In this document: positions 1 to 10,050 of the stretch, in pieces
Layout: each line of letters begins with the position of its first letter
Position numbering within the stretch: the first letter of the stretch is position 1
Source of the DNA: Vulcanisaeta sp. AZ3
GTDB lineage: Archaea > Thermoproteota > Thermoprotei > Thermoproteales > Thermocladiaceae
Assembly: GCA_000960865.2 (NCBI GenBank)
Contig: JZWU02000003.1
Span: forward strand, 1 to 64,000
DNA length: 64,000 nt
Direction of reading: 5' to 3'
Program-made: the position numbers and the translations under genes
Notes under the pieces: generated by a model
Database searches by the model: none
The model's input: the letters and a program-made list of their open reading frames with translations, nothing else
What the model was told of the DNA's origin: nothing

Positions 1-108
1 CCAAAGGGTAGGAAGGGCTTCGTAATGGCACTCTTCAAAACACCAGACGGAAAAACAATAAGAAAAGTAATAGCAAAAGTAGACGAACAAGGAAACATAA
101 CAACCTAA
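1..108 (+). CDS. cren7: Chromatin protein Cren7 (3' part, truncated by window edge)
   Basis: Manual translation [35 protein letters not shown] matches the Cren7 PKGRKG...LFK.P..GK..R signature; stop at 106-108. Confidence 0.8.
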   Translation, partial: PKGRKGFVMALFKTPDGKTIRKVIAKVDEQGNITT

Positions 109-187
109 AACAAAACTCTTTTCATGATTAAAATTAAATATATATAATATATTTTTATTTTAATATTCAGTGCCGCATTGATATTCT

Positions 188-535
188 ATGGGTTGTTGGT
201 TGATTATAACTATAGACTGTACGAGACCTTGTGATTGTTCGAGCCAGCATCCACTGAGTCTAGCGTCGAATCCAGGTATAGGAGAGGGTGATGGCGTAAT
301 AATTGCTGATTGGGAGTACAAAATACCATGTTGCATAGCCGTAGTTAAAGCGATAAGTGTTAGGGAGAATAAGACATATGTTTATTTAATGAACTGTTCA
401 GGACTGAATACGCTTGATGAGGATATTATGGGTAAAGTAATGAAGATAATAAGGACATTAGACTTTATGGGAATTATTGACATAAGCCAAGATATTCCTT
501 GCCCATGGGATTTTGGCGGCCCCGGTGGGATTTGA
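188..535 (+). CDS. Hypothetical Cys-rich protein, weak EVE/PUA-like pattern; 3' end overlaps the antisense tRNA-Arg
   Basis: 115-aa ORF behind an AT-rich TATA-like region; no clear family. Confidence 0.4.
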   Translation: MGCWLIITIDCTRPCDCSSQHPLSLASNPGIGEGDGVIIADWEYKIPCCIAVVKAISVRENKTYVYLMNCSGLNTLDEDIMGKVMKIIRTLDFMGIIDISQDIPCPWDFGGPGGI

Positions 536-607
536 ACCCACGACCTACGGCTATCTCCAAGGGATTTACCGAAGGCCGCCGCTCTAACCTGGCTGAGCTA
601 CGGGGCC
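514..607 (-). tRNA. tRNA-Arg(TCG) with 16-nt intron at 37/38 (553-568), CCA encoded
   Basis: Reverse complement GGCCCCGTAGCTCAGCCAGGTTAGAGCGGCGGCCT-TCG-G[TAAATCCCTTGGAGAT]AGCCGTAGGTCGTGGGTTCAAATCCCACCGGGGCCGCCA; BHB central helix CUUC/GGAG. Confidence 0.95.
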
Positions 608-646
608 CTCATTTATTTTGCAATCTGTTGCTTATTTACTTTTACG

Positions 647-1708
647 TTAGGGTATTACCTCTGTTGAGTCTAATGTTGGGTCGTAGATTAATTGCTCTCT
701 TTTTATTATCCCCTGCTGCATTAATTGTTCAATTTCAGGTACTATATTTAGTACCTCCCTTATTGTTTCCCTTGTTATATAATCCACAGCCTCAACTCCA
801 TCCTCACCCCAGTAATTCTTTTCCTCCATTATTGCGTATAGGCATCTACCACCGCAGTATCTTCTATATTCACATTTTTGGCACTTATCCGGTAATTCTA
901 TGCTCATAAGTTTAAAGCCTGTGCTCACATTGCCAAGTACGGCCCAATCCTCCCTAACAGCTATTGGGCATGCTAGCACCCTACCGTCTGTTGATATTGC
1001 CACTGCCTTATATCCCGCACCGCAAGGTGGCCCCTCGTATGTTGTGAAGAAATGGGCGTTTAGGATACCTAGTATGGGTACTATGCCTAAGACTGTGCCT
1101 TTACGTGCATTCTCCAAGAATAGATTGACCAACCTCCTAATGCCTGGTAAGTAGCTCCTAATTGCCCAATCAAGTACGTCCCACTTCTCGGTCCATATAA
1201 CATTTAATTGCCAATGCACATAATCAAAGCCTAGATTTAATAAATGAGTAACGTCTGTATATATGTCCGTTAATTGAGTAACTGTCATCCTAGCTATTAA
1301 CCTCTTAACCCCCGCATCCCTCAAATAACTAACCGCTTTCATCGCTCTTTTATACACGCCATTACCCCTATTAGCATCCGTTACCTCCTCTCTACCATCA
1401 ATAGACAGTAAAACCACATCCATCCTTTCCCAATAATCTCTCGGTAATAAATTAATGAGCGTGCCATTAGTCTGAATACCGAAGCGCCTTACCTTCACAT
1501 TATCCATAACCTTCATTATGAAACCAGGGTTTAGTAGAGGTTCGCCTCCATAGAATATAACTGTTGCATTTTTGTCCTTCTCGATAAGCTTCTTTAACGC
1601 TTCTAAGTTATACATAACCCTCCAGGGAACAATATTTGGGCTAAATGAACCCCCGCAATAAGTGCACCTTAAGTTACAAGCCCCTGTTGTGAATATTAAC
1701 CAAAGCAC
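647..1708 (-). CDS. Radical SAM/SPASM-domain protein (TIGR04084/AF0577-like)
   Basis: CNLRCTYC motif, YGGEPL, SPASM CGAG...CP...[13 protein letters not shown]-terminal EVIP. Likely start is GTG 1708; the longer track ORF overlaps the divergent gene. Confidence 0.85.
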   Translation of the reverse strand: MLWLIFTTGACNLRCTYCGGSFSPNIVPWRVMYNLEALKKLIEKDKNATVIFYGGEPLLNPGFIMKVMDNVKVRRFGIQTNGTLINLLPRDYWERMDVVLLSIDGREEVTDANRGNGVYKRAMKAVSYLRDAGVKRLIARMTVTQLTDIYTDVTHLLNLGFDYVHWQLNVIWTEKWDVLDWAIRSYLPGIRRLVNLFLENARKGTVLGIVPILGILNAHFFTTYEGPPCGAGYKAVAISTDGRVLACPIAVREDWAVLGNVSTGFKLMSIELPDKCQKCEYRRYCGGRCLYAIMEEKNYWGEDGVEAVDYITRETIREVLNIVPEIEQLMQQGIIKREQLIYDPTLDSTEVIP

Positions 1709-1742
1709 TGCCCCTTCGAGCTCTCCTGTTCTGTTAGGAATG

Positions 1743-1750
1743 TTTTTAAA
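1743..1750. promoter_or_regulatory. TATA box (TTTTTAAA) between divergent radical SAM and DUF1512 genes
   Basis: About 25 nt upstream of ATG 1773 and about 35 nt upstream of GTG 1708 on the other strand. Confidence 0.5.
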
Positions 1751-1772
1751 GTCTAGTTTGATGTTTTGTCCG

Positions 1773-2936
1773 ATGGATGTATTGATAATACTACAACTAT
1801 TTGGGACGAGCCAGTCCAATGCGTGGTTAGTATTCATATCTAATATTATTTGGTTAGCTTTCTTATTCATGTTCTTCTTTCAAGATTATGTCATGATATG
1901 GAGATACGCATATACTGTTGGCAGCTTCTTAACAAGCTTAGGCAGATTGCTGTCCAACAATGTGAATCTAGTGACGAATCATGTGAACCAATTACTAAAA
2001 TCTAATGGTTCTTCCCAGGAGGTTAATAAGGGTGTTGTGGAGAAGACTATCCAGGATTTAATGGAGTTTATAATAATTGAACCGATAGCTAATGAACCAA
2101 CGGGGCTTATGAGAACGCTTAAACTACTAGTCACCTCATATAATGAGAAGCTTGAGAGTTCGATTAGGGCTATATTACCGAATATTGATAGAGCTCTTAT
2201 GCAGAATGTGGTTGATGCAGTAGATGGTTTGAGGGAATTGAATTTCATATACAAGGTCGTAATGCATTACTATAGATTAAGTAATAAGTACAAGAATCCA
2301 TATCTCATGATGCAGATCTACATGCTACTGCCAATACTTAGGGAATATGTGAATGCCCTAAATAGTGCAATATTAACATTCCTCAAGGGGCAGCCTGTTG
2401 GTGATGCTGCAGGGCCATTAACTGTTTATAGGTTTATGAAGAGTTGTTCAAGTCTTGAGGAGATCAGTCATAATGTTAAGGACACGTACATAGGGTTCTG
2501 TAACTTCGAGGATAGGAAGGTTTACCTCATTAAGGCCAGAGGGCCAGGTGGAACTGTTGGTAATCTCGATGATGCGGTATCCTACTTAATCGAATCTATT
2601 GGTATTAAGCCTAAGATTATAATTACCGTGGATGCAGCCCTAAAATTAGAGGGTGAGAAGACGGGTTCTATCTCTGAGGGTGTTGGTGTCGCCATGGGTG
2701 GTATTGGTGTTGAGAGATTTAATATTGAGAGGACTGCCAGTAAGTACGATATACCACTATACGCCGTGCTTATAAAGATGAGCATGCCAGAGGCTCTCTC
2801 TGCCATGCCTAAGGAGGTTGAGAGTGCGGTTAATGAAGCAGTGGAGAGGGTTAAGAGGGTTATTAGGGAGGGTGTTAGGGCTGGTGAGGAGGTTTTATTA
2901 ATTGGTGTTGGTAATACTGGAGGTGTAGCTCAATAA
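1773..2936 (+). CDS. DUF1512 family membrane protein with C-terminal GPR/HybD protease-like fold
   Basis: N-terminal TM segment, [28 protein letters not shown]-terminal [10 protein letters not shown]. Confidence 0.8.
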   Translation: MDVLIILQLFGTSQSNAWLVFISNIIWLAFLFMFFFQDYVMIWRYAYTVGSFLTSLGRLLSNNVNLVTNHVNQLLKSNGSSQEVNKGVVEKTIQDLMEFIIIEPIANEPTGLMRTLKLLVTSYNEKLESSIRAILPNIDRALMQNVVDAVDGLRELNFIYKVVMHYYRLSNKYKNPYLMMQIYMLLPILREYVNALNSAILTFLKGQPVGDAAGPLTVYRFMKSCSSLEEISHNVKDTYIGFCNFEDRKVYLIKARGPGGTVGNLDDAVSYLIESIGIKPKIIITVDAALKLEGEKTGSISEGVGVAMGGIGVERFNIERTASKYDIPLYAVLIKMSMPEALSAMPKEVESAVNEAVERVKRVIREGVRAGEEVLLIGVGNTGGVAQ

Positions 2937-3086
2937 TTAGCTTATTCCTAACCTAGTGATAAACCCTGCCTTATTCAAGAGGGTTTATTCTTCATTATTT
3001 CCCTGGAGTATAGAATTATAATTATCACATACCAATGGGTTGGGTGGTTAGTAATTTATTTAAATGGTTAATGCGCGAGTTTCATT

Positions 3087-3404
3087 GTGAGTTTCGAGTA
3101 TTACTACATAACAATCGTGAGTACAATCATTTTAGTAATTGCCATAGTAATTGCGGTGATTATGAATGAGAAGTATCGCAAGGCAATTAGTAAGTATTTA
3201 ACGCAAGCTAGCGAAGCTAAGGGTGAGGGGCAGGTATTAAGTGGCGATCTTGAGGTGCTTGTGTGCTCTCGTTGTGGTTATTCAACAACAATACCCTTTA
3301 GGGTTGGTGATTACGTGGGTAAGGTTGTTAATGAGACTTGTCCTAAGGATGGGGAGAAGCTTGTTGTTCATGCGATTTATTCTACAGGGGCCACCAGCGC
3401 TTAG
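3087..3404 (+). CDS. Small membrane-anchored Zn-ribbon protein
   Basis: N-terminal TM helix; CSRC ... F.VGDYVGK ... CPKD motifs. Confidence 0.75.
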   Translation: MSFEYYYITIVSTIILVIAIVIAVIMNEKYRKAISKYLTQASEAKGEGQVLSGDLEVLVCSRCGYSTTIPFRVGDYVGKVVNETCPKDGEKLVVHAIYSTGATSA

Positions 3405-3470
3405 TAAGGTAAGCTTTATATTTTGTCTAGCCTTATCAAGGTCTCGTGACCCATTTTAATCAGTAAGGTT

Positions 3471-4757
3471 GTGAGTATAAATGACGTTTTTAGTCTAAAT
3501 GAGGGCGCTGAGGTAACCATTAGAGGTTGGGTATATAGGAAGAGGGAATTGAGAGATAAGGTATTCCTCGTTGTGAGGGATGGTAGTGGAATAATTCAAG
3601 CAGTAATTGATAAGTCTAATCAAGATTCGTGGGACATAGCATCAAAATTAAACATAGAATCTTCAATAGTCCTCACGGGTATAGTGAGGAGGGAGCCCAG
3701 AGCACCAGGTGGTTCTGAGGTTCATGTTGAGAGAATTGATTGGTATTACGTTGGTAATCCATTTCCAATAAATGAGGATGCTGCTAAGGCTGATAGTGAG
3801 TATCTACTTGACATCAGGCACTTATGGGTTAGAAGTAGGAAGATGTGGGCTGTGTTAAGAGTTAGGCATACAGTGTTTAGTGCAATACATGAGTTCTTCA
3901 GATCCAGGGGGTACTTTGAGGTTCAAGGTCCTATGTTTGTGTCGGCTGCTGTAGAGGGTGGTGCAACTTTATTCCCTGTTAAGTACTTTGATAGGGATGT
4001 GTATTTAACGCAATCCTCACAATTTTACTTAGAGGTCCTAATATATGTGCTTGAGAAGGTGTATACCGTTGCGCCAAGCTTTAGGGCAGAGTCCTCGAGG
4101 ACTAGGAGGCACTTAACTGAGTTTTGGCATGCAGAGGCTGAGGAGGCTTGGCTTCAATTTGATGGTTTGCTTAATCTCCTTGAGGACTTAATAACGTACA
4201 TTGTTGATAAAGTTCTTGGGGAGAGACGAGAAGAATTGAAATTATTAAATAGAAACACAAAGATACTAGAGAATACTAAACCACCCTTCTATAGAGTTAG
4301 TTATGATGAAGCCATAGAAGTACTTCAGAGAAAAGGATTGAACATTAAATGGGGTGATGATATTGGCGCAGATGAGGAGAGAGCACTAACACTTGAATTC
4401 GATAAACCAGTACTATTGCACCACTTCCCTGAGAAGATTAAGGCGTTTTACCACAGGAATGACCCAAGTAGGCCAGAGACTACGTTGAGCGTTGATGTAT
4501 TGGCCCCTGAGGGTTATGGTGAAATTGTGGGTGGTGGCGAGCGTATATATGACTACGAAGAATTACTTAGTAAAATAAAGAGGTTCGGGCTTAAGTCTGA
4601 GGACTATGACTGGTACTTAGACTTAAGGAGGTTTGGTTCAGTACCACATGCTGGTTTTGGTCTCGGTGTTGATAGATTAGTTATGTGGATTTGTGGTCTC
4701 GACCACATTAGGGATGCAATACCTTTCCCACGTGATGTAAGGCGTGTAAGACCTTGA
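3471..4757 (+). CDS. asnS: Asparagine--tRNA ligase
   Basis: OB-fold N-terminus, YLTQSSQFYLE, FRAESSRTRRHLTEFW, PHAGFGLGVDR. Confidence 0.95.
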   Translation: MSINDVFSLNEGAEVTIRGWVYRKRELRDKVFLVVRDGSGIIQAVIDKSNQDSWDIASKLNIESSIVLTGIVRREPRAPGGSEVHVERIDWYYVGNPFPINEDAAKADSEYLLDIRHLWVRSRKMWAVLRVRHTVFSAIHEFFRSRGYFEVQGPMFVSAAVEGGATLFPVKYFDRDVYLTQSSQFYLEVLIYVLEKVYTVAPSFRAESSRTRRHLTEFWHAEAEEAWLQFDGLLNLLEDLITYIVDKVLGERREELKLLNRNTKILENTKPPFYRVSYDEAIEVLQRKGLNIKWGDDIGADEERALTLEFDKPVLLHHFPEKIKAFYHRNDPSRPETTLSVDVLAPEGYGEIVGGGERIYDYEELLSKIKRFGLKSEDYDWYLDLRRFGSVPHAGFGLGVDRLVMWICGLDHIRDAIPFPRDVRRVRP

Positions 4758-4770
4758 TCAGGTAATTAAA

Positions 4771-5370
4771 ATGGTCCGTTTATTAGTAACGGGTACTCCT
4801 GGTGTTGGTAAGACGACGATAGCAATGGAGCTTTCAAGGACTTATGGGATACCTATGGTTAATATTAATGAAGTATTGAAACCTGTGCTTAAGTGGGATG
4901 CGGAGTTAATGACAAATTACATTACTGACGAGAATAGAGCACGGATATTAGTTAGGGATTACTTGAGGAGCTTCAATTCTTACATAATTGATACTGTGGC
5001 TGTGAATTTATTTGATGAGTCACTAATTGATTGGTGTATAGTTCTTAGATTAAACCCATTATATCTCATGGATAGATTGTCCAGAAGAGGTTGGTCTAGA
5101 TGTAAGGTTGTGGAGAATGTGTTGGCTGAGGTTGTTGGTTCATCCATAAGCATGGCCATTAATGTGTTCGGTGTAGATAGGGTTATTGAGGTTGATACCA
5201 CGGGTATGAGCGTTCATGAAGTTGTGAATTCTATAATTAATTATATATCTTCAGGAAGAGCCATCGTTGGAGTTGTTGATTGGCTCGACTTTCTCGATAC
5301 GGGCACCATAATTAGTCTAGATCAGGAGTTAAGCAAGTGTTTATCAATACTTAATGATCAGTATACCTAA
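4771..5370 (+). CDS. Adenylate kinase AK6/hCINAP (Fap7)-like P-loop kinase
   Basis: TGTPGVGKTT, RL..RGW...KV.ENV.AE, EVDTT. Confidence 0.85.
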   Translation: MVRLLVTGTPGVGKTTIAMELSRTYGIPMVNINEVLKPVLKWDAELMTNYITDENRARILVRDYLRSFNSYIIDTVAVNLFDESLIDWCIVLRLNPLYLMDRLSRRGWSRCKVVENVLAEVVGSSISMAINVFGVDRVIEVDTTGMSVHEVVNSIINYISSGRAIVGVVDWLDFLDTGTIISLDQELSKCLSILNDQYT

Positions 5371-5740
5371 CACTTCTTATTAGTCTCTTAATCTCAAACA
5401 TGAATAATCTATTCCAACCAACGCTCTCCAACCTTTTACTAATTATCCTAAGCGTGCCAGCTCTGAGACTTACGAGTAGTACCTTACTAACATGCTTACC
5501 CTGTACGAAGAACCTAGCCAATACTAACTTCTCACTACCATATTCAAATACATAATTCTCAACCGTTCTATACCTACCAAGCGTATCCTTAAACTCCTCC
5601 TCAGCAAGGTCTAAATACGAGGATAAATCTGGATCTATCTCCATAGACTCAAGTCTATGCAGACCGGCATTCTCAAGGTCGAGGATGGCCACGTCTAGGT
5701 CTCTCTTGACCTCAAATATTGCAACGCCATAAATACGCAT
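5351..5740 (-). CDS. Hypothetical protein
   Basis: ORF fills the gap with normal composition; start ATG 5740 or a nearby GTG. Confidence 0.65.
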   Translation of the reverse strand: MRIYGVAIFEVKRDLDVAILDLENAGLHRLESMEIDPDLSSYLDLAEEEFKDTLGRYRTVENYVFEYGSEKLVLARFFVQGKHVSKVLLVSLRAGTLRIISKRLESVGWNRLFMFEIKRLIRSVRYTDH

Positions 5741-5812
5741 TTCGGTCACCACGTCAATCAAACAACCATAGTTTAAAAACATTTTGTTTAAATGATTATT
5801 AAAGAGGCGGGG

Positions 5813-7093
5813 TTAGGTTAATATATGAACATAGTTAAGCCATAGATAGTAAATCACAGTATTAACTATGGTTATGGGTACGCCATACCTTAAGAACTCA
5901 AGAAAACCAAAGCCCTCACCGCCTCTCTTCTCACTAGCTTCGCTAATTATGACATTACTAGCGGCACCGATAAGTGTTAAGTTGCCAGCTATTGTACTCG
6001 AGGCAGCGAGACCTAACCAAATCACGTAATTACTAGACGATACACCTAATTCCTTAATTAAGGGTATGTAGAGGGCCACCATTGGCACATTACTAATCAC
6101 TTGACTAAGGAGTAATCCCGATATGAATACTCCCAATAGAGTTGTGGGTTGCGGTAGGTAATGCGATAATGCATTAAGAAGCCCTGAGTTTAGGGCCCCC
6201 TCGCTGACTATGAATAGTCCTATGAAGAATAGTATTGTTGTCCAATCCACATTATGAGCAATACTCCTCCTATCAGCACCGCTGAGTAAGTATATTACTG
6301 ATGCGCCCATGAATGTTAAAGTCACTGGTGTTAAGTATGGGCTTATGTTCATGATATCCGTTATGAAGTATAGCGGTATTAATACTAATAATATTGTTAG
6401 AGCAATGTATGTAAGCCTCTTGTTAATAATCATCTCCTCAGGCCTTCTAATATCCGTGATCACAACCTCATCACTAACCTCCCTCTTAAATAGAAGCAGT
6501 AATAATGGGTATGTTATTAATACGTTTATTATTGTCGGCAGAATTAAGTAAATAGCAAACTCCACAAAAGGTTTTGACATACCTGATTCTAATGCAATAA
6601 GTAAGTTCTGTGGATTACCAATGGGTAATGCCACGCTACCAATCGTTACTCCAAAGGCTAATGCGTAAAGTAATGGTTTTGCATTGATTTTAGCCTGCCT
6701 TCCCATAGACACTATGACTGGAGTGAAGGCACCTGCAATACCATCATTGGATAATGCCAATGAGAGTAATGCCGATAACCCAAAGACCCTAAATAATAAC
6801 CTATTAACATTATGGCTCCTTACTAATAATTTATATGCTAAATAACTGAAGAACCCGCTAACCTCTAGAGCTGACGATATTGTAAATAGAGATATTAAGA
6901 ATAGAATGACATTTAAGTTTATTGAGGAAAGAGCTTGCTGCGGAGTCAACACTCCGAGAACAATTGTAAGAGCCGCGCCAAGCAGCATGGCCGCCCATGG
7001 CTGGACATTAATTCTACCAACACCTCGCAGCACTATTAAGCCGTACGTGATCATTAATATTAATAGATCTTCAATAAATTTAATAGGTGTCAT
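5813..7093 (-). CDS. ArsB/NhaD/SLC13-type anion transporter
   Basis: Multi-TM; SND, PIGNPQNL, SNVP, GNLTLIGAASN motifs. Confidence 0.9.
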   Translation of the reverse strand: MTPIKFIEDLLILMITYGLIVLRGVGRINVQPWAAMLLGAALTIVLGVLTPQQALSSINLNVILFLISLFTISSALEVSGFFSYLAYKLLVRSHNVNRLLFRVFGLSALLSLALSNDGIAGAFTPVIVSMGRQAKINAKPLLYALAFGVTIGSVALPIGNPQNLLIALESGMSKPFVEFAIYLILPTIINVLITYPLLLLLFKREVSDEVVITDIRRPEEMIINKRLTYIALTILLVLIPLYFITDIMNISPYLTPVTLTFMGASVIYLLSGADRRSIAHNVDWTTILFFIGLFIVSEGALNSGLLNALSHYLPQPTTLLGVFISGLLLSQVISNVPMVALYIPLIKELGVSSSNYVIWLGLAASSTIAGNLTLIGAASNVIISEASEKRGGEGFGFLEFLRYGVPITIVNTVIYYLWLNYVHILT

Positions 7094-7187
7094 ACTTCGT
7101 TAATGGTATCGCTAAATAATTAAAATTAAAAGCCTTATGCCTAGGTACAATAAAAGGTTAATTAGGAGTTATGGGCTTGACCTATTG

Positions 7188-7237
7188 GTGATGAAGCTCG
7201 AGAGGATTGATTGATGAGAATACGTAGGCCTTGCTGA
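7188..7237 (+). ncRNA. Box C/D guide sRNA (predicted tRNA targets)
   Basis: C GTGATGA 7188-94; guide AGCTCGAGAGGA; D' TTGA; C' TTGATGA; guide GAATACGTAGGCCTTG; D CTGA 7234-37; intergenic. Confidence 0.8.
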
Positions 7238-7281
7238 GGATTATTTACTTAATCTAGCTATTAATTATCCCTAGGTAGATT

Positions 7282-8061
7282 ATGAGGATGATGTTGAGTA
7301 ATCTTTCAGAGGATGTGAGATCCATACTCACCTTCTTCACAATAATCCCAATGGGTGGATCTCATGATGTGTTAAGAGCCTTCAGGAGGGCTTGGCTTGC
7401 TATCATAATCGTGCCACCAATAACGGGCTTAATACCTGGTTTTGTAGGTTTTTATCTTTGGGTATTTACACATAATAATTTACTTTCCGCATCACTGGCA
7501 TATGCATTACTATTAATACTCACAGGCCTCAACCACATTGATGGTTTTTCTGACGTAATTGATGCATTAATGGTTAGAGGGTCTGTTGAAGAGAGAATTA
7601 AGGTTTTGAAGGATCCCCATAGGGGTTCGGCAGCAATAGCAATGGTTGTATTATTAATAGCGGTTGCCATATCTGCATTAACGGGATTGCCTAATTACAT
7701 GTGGCAATCATTATTTACGGCCGAGATCGCGTCAAAGGCAGCCTGCTGCTTAAGTGCGTTGATTGGGAGGGAACCGCCGTATAGGGGGTTGGGATGGCAG
7801 TTAACAGTTAGTATTAAGGAGAGTTGGTATTATGTTGCTGTTTTTGTAGTTATTGGTCTCTCCATAGTTTATGTAATAATGGGTTTTTTGGGTTTAGTAA
7901 TCTCCCTGGGCTCTGTGGTGGTTAGTGTATTGTTGTTCCTTATAATCCAGAGAAGTTTTGGTGGTGCCGTTGGTGATTTGTATGGATTTACCCTAGAAGT
8001 GTCGAGGGTAATTTCCCTATTATTACTTACTATATTTATTAATGTATTATCTTATAAGTGA
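7282..8061 (+). CDS. cobS: Adenosylcobinamide-GDP ribazoletransferase (cobalamin synthase)
   Basis: FFTIIP, GLNHIDGFSDVID, KDPHRGS, FGGAVGDLYG. Confidence 0.9.
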   Translation: MRMMLSNLSEDVRSILTFFTIIPMGGSHDVLRAFRRAWLAIIIVPPITGLIPGFVGFYLWVFTHNNLLSASLAYALLLILTGLNHIDGFSDVIDALMVRGSVEERIKVLKDPHRGSAAIAMVVLLIAVAISALTGLPNYMWQSLFTAEIASKAACCLSALIGREPPYRGLGWQLTVSIKESWYYVAVFVVIGLSIVYVIMGFLGLVISLGSVVVSVLLFLIIQRSFGGAVGDLYGFTLEVSRVISLLLLTIFINVLSYK

Positions 8062-8120
8062 GATATCTTAATCAAAGTAGTGTTGCTTTAATAAGACCCA
8101 CACATAGGTAACTTCTCAGC

Positions 8121-9677
8121 ATGGATAGCGACCCAGATGCTATAGTAAGTATAACGCCGGATCTAGCGTTAGATATGGGCTATACATATGCGGGTGGCCT
8201 TGGCGTACTTGAGGGTGATAAGTTTTACGGGGCCGCTGCACTTAAGCTTAATTATTACGTGATAACTCTCTTGTATAAAAATGGTTATGTTGATTATGAC
8301 TTTGACGATAATGATAACCCAATACCCAAGCCACAACCACAACCTAAATCCTTCCTGGAAATGCTTAGATTAGCTGATACATTTACGGTTAGGTTGAGGA
8401 ATGAGAATGTTGAGGTAAATGCATGGGAGTATCAATTAGGCACGGCACATGCAGTATTCCTCGAGCCTAGGAGTCCTGAGTGGACATTAAGGTTGACTGA
8501 TAGAGTGTATATTGAAGGGGACGTGGAGGAAAAGTTCCTGAAGTACGTATTTCTAGCACGAAGTGCTGTGGAGTATATAAGGAGGAATATAGGGCTTGAA
8601 AATGTTAGGTACATAGATCTACAGGAAGCCTATGCAGCCATGGTACCAATAATACTGAAGATACCAGGTAGGTATAGGCTCATAATACATACACCAGGAC
8701 CGTGGGGGCATCCCTCATTTCCGAATAAATTATTTGTTGAAGAGACGGGTTATAGCTTTATTGAGGATCCTGTGGTTCTCACAAGCATTGGTGCTGCAAT
8801 GGCTTGGGAGGTGATTTTAGTTAGTTCTAAGCATTACGATATAATGAGGAAGGTAATTCCTCATTTTATAGATAAGGCTAGGTTCATAACAAATGGTGTT
8901 GATATAGATAGGTGGATGGACCCGGAGATTAGGATGCTCTATGAGAAGGGTTCACTAACTATTGAGGGTTTAAGGTTAGCGAAGGCTAGGCTAAGGAGTG
9001 AATTATTGGGTCTTCTTAAGTCATATAAGTCTCTCACACTTAATGAAGATACTTTAGTAACTGCATGGGTTAGGAGGATTACCCTATACAAGAGGCCGCA
9101 CTTTGTGGCAAGGCTTATAGAGGATGGTGAATTCAGTGACGTAATCTTCGTACTCGGTGGGAAATCTCATCCAATGGATAAGGATGGTCTGGTCTACATG
9201 AAGAAGTTCCGTGAGTTGCATAGAAAATTTAAGAATGTGGTTTATATGCATGATTATGACGTTGAAAAGGCAAAGATAATACTTAAGGGTATCGATGCCT
9301 TCCTTTTCACACCGTTCCCTGGCTGGGAAGCAAGTGGTACTAGTTTCATGAAGGCATCCATCAACGGAACTCCAGTAATAGCATCTAGAGATGGAGCGGC
9401 AATTGAGTTATTAGTGGATGGGATTAATGGATGGTTATTCGGCAGCGACATAAGGGACTTAATAGATTTTAAAAATGACCCGAAGGGTAAGGAGATTGAT
9501 GAGAAGGAGTATGAGGAGTTTAAAGCAAAGTTTGCTAAGGTCTATGACTTGTATAACTCAGATAAGGAGAGATTCTACCTAGTTGGTCTAAGTGCTATAA
9601 TGACCTTTGTGCCTAGGGTTGACATAAGGAAGGTCCTTCGTGAGTATTATCCAGATCTCGTAAAATACGCACCATAG
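8121..9677 (+). CDS. Compact alpha-glucan (glycogen/maltodextrin) phosphorylase
   Basis: YAGGLGVL.GD, ITNGV, RRITLYKR, GKSHP, EASGTSFMK (PLP lysine). Confidence 0.9.
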   Translation: MDSDPDAIVSITPDLALDMGYTYAGGLGVLEGDKFYGAAALKLNYYVITLLYKNGYVDYDFDDNDNPIPKPQPQPKSFLEMLRLADTFTVRLRNENVEVNAWEYQLGTAHAVFLEPRSPEWTLRLTDRVYIEGDVEEKFLKYVFLARSAVEYIRRNIGLENVRYIDLQEAYAAMVPIILKIPGRYRLIIHTPGPWGHPSFPNKLFVEETGYSFIEDPVVLTSIGAAMAWEVILVSSKHYDIMRKVIPHFIDKARFITNGVDIDRWMDPEIRMLYEKGSLTIEGLRLAKARLRSELLGLLKSYKSLTLNEDTLVTAWVRRITLYKRPHFVARLIEDGEFSDVIFVLGGKSHPMDKDGLVYMKKFRELHRKFKNVVYMHDYDVEKAKIILKGIDAFLFTPFPGWEASGTSFMKASINGTPVIASRDGAAIELLVDGINGWLFGSDIRDLIDFKNDPKGKEIDEKEYEEFKAKFAKVYDLYNSDKERFYLVGLSAIMTFVPRVDIRKVLREYYPDLVKYAP

Positions 9678-9806
9678 CATCACATGTCTCAATCTAAACC
9701 TAAGCCATAAATAATCATGGCTTCTTACGTATATGACGAGGACCATGATTCATGACTGCTTTACAGTAAAGTTAAGCTTTTAATTGCCATGTGTGCGTAG
9801 ATTGCG

Positions 9807-10019
9807 ATGCCAACGTGTAAATTATGTGGTAGGTCATTCGATACAATGAGTGAATTATACGTACACTTACATAGTGAGTGCACGAAAATTCCGAGTACGA
9901 GAAAATGCCCTATATGCGGTAATAGGTACAGGTCAATAAGTTTTATGAAGATGCATCTAATTAATGAGGCCTTATTCGAGTCAAGGCACATGAATTACTT
10001 AATCAGCATCCAGTCATAG
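9807..10019 (+). CDS. Small C2H2-type zinc-finger protein
   Basis: CKLCGRSF...L..H and CPICG..Y...MKMH. Confidence 0.75.
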   Translation: MPTCKLCGRSFDTMSELYVHLHSECTKIPSTRKCPICGNRYRSISFMKMHLINEALFESRHMNYLISIQS

Positions 10020-10050
10020 AATTTATTTAATATTAATAGTTCCATAAGCC

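Noticed and set aside
499-909. 136-aa plus-strand ORF
   Set aside because: Shadow of the tRNA-Arg and of the radical SAM gene on the opposite strand
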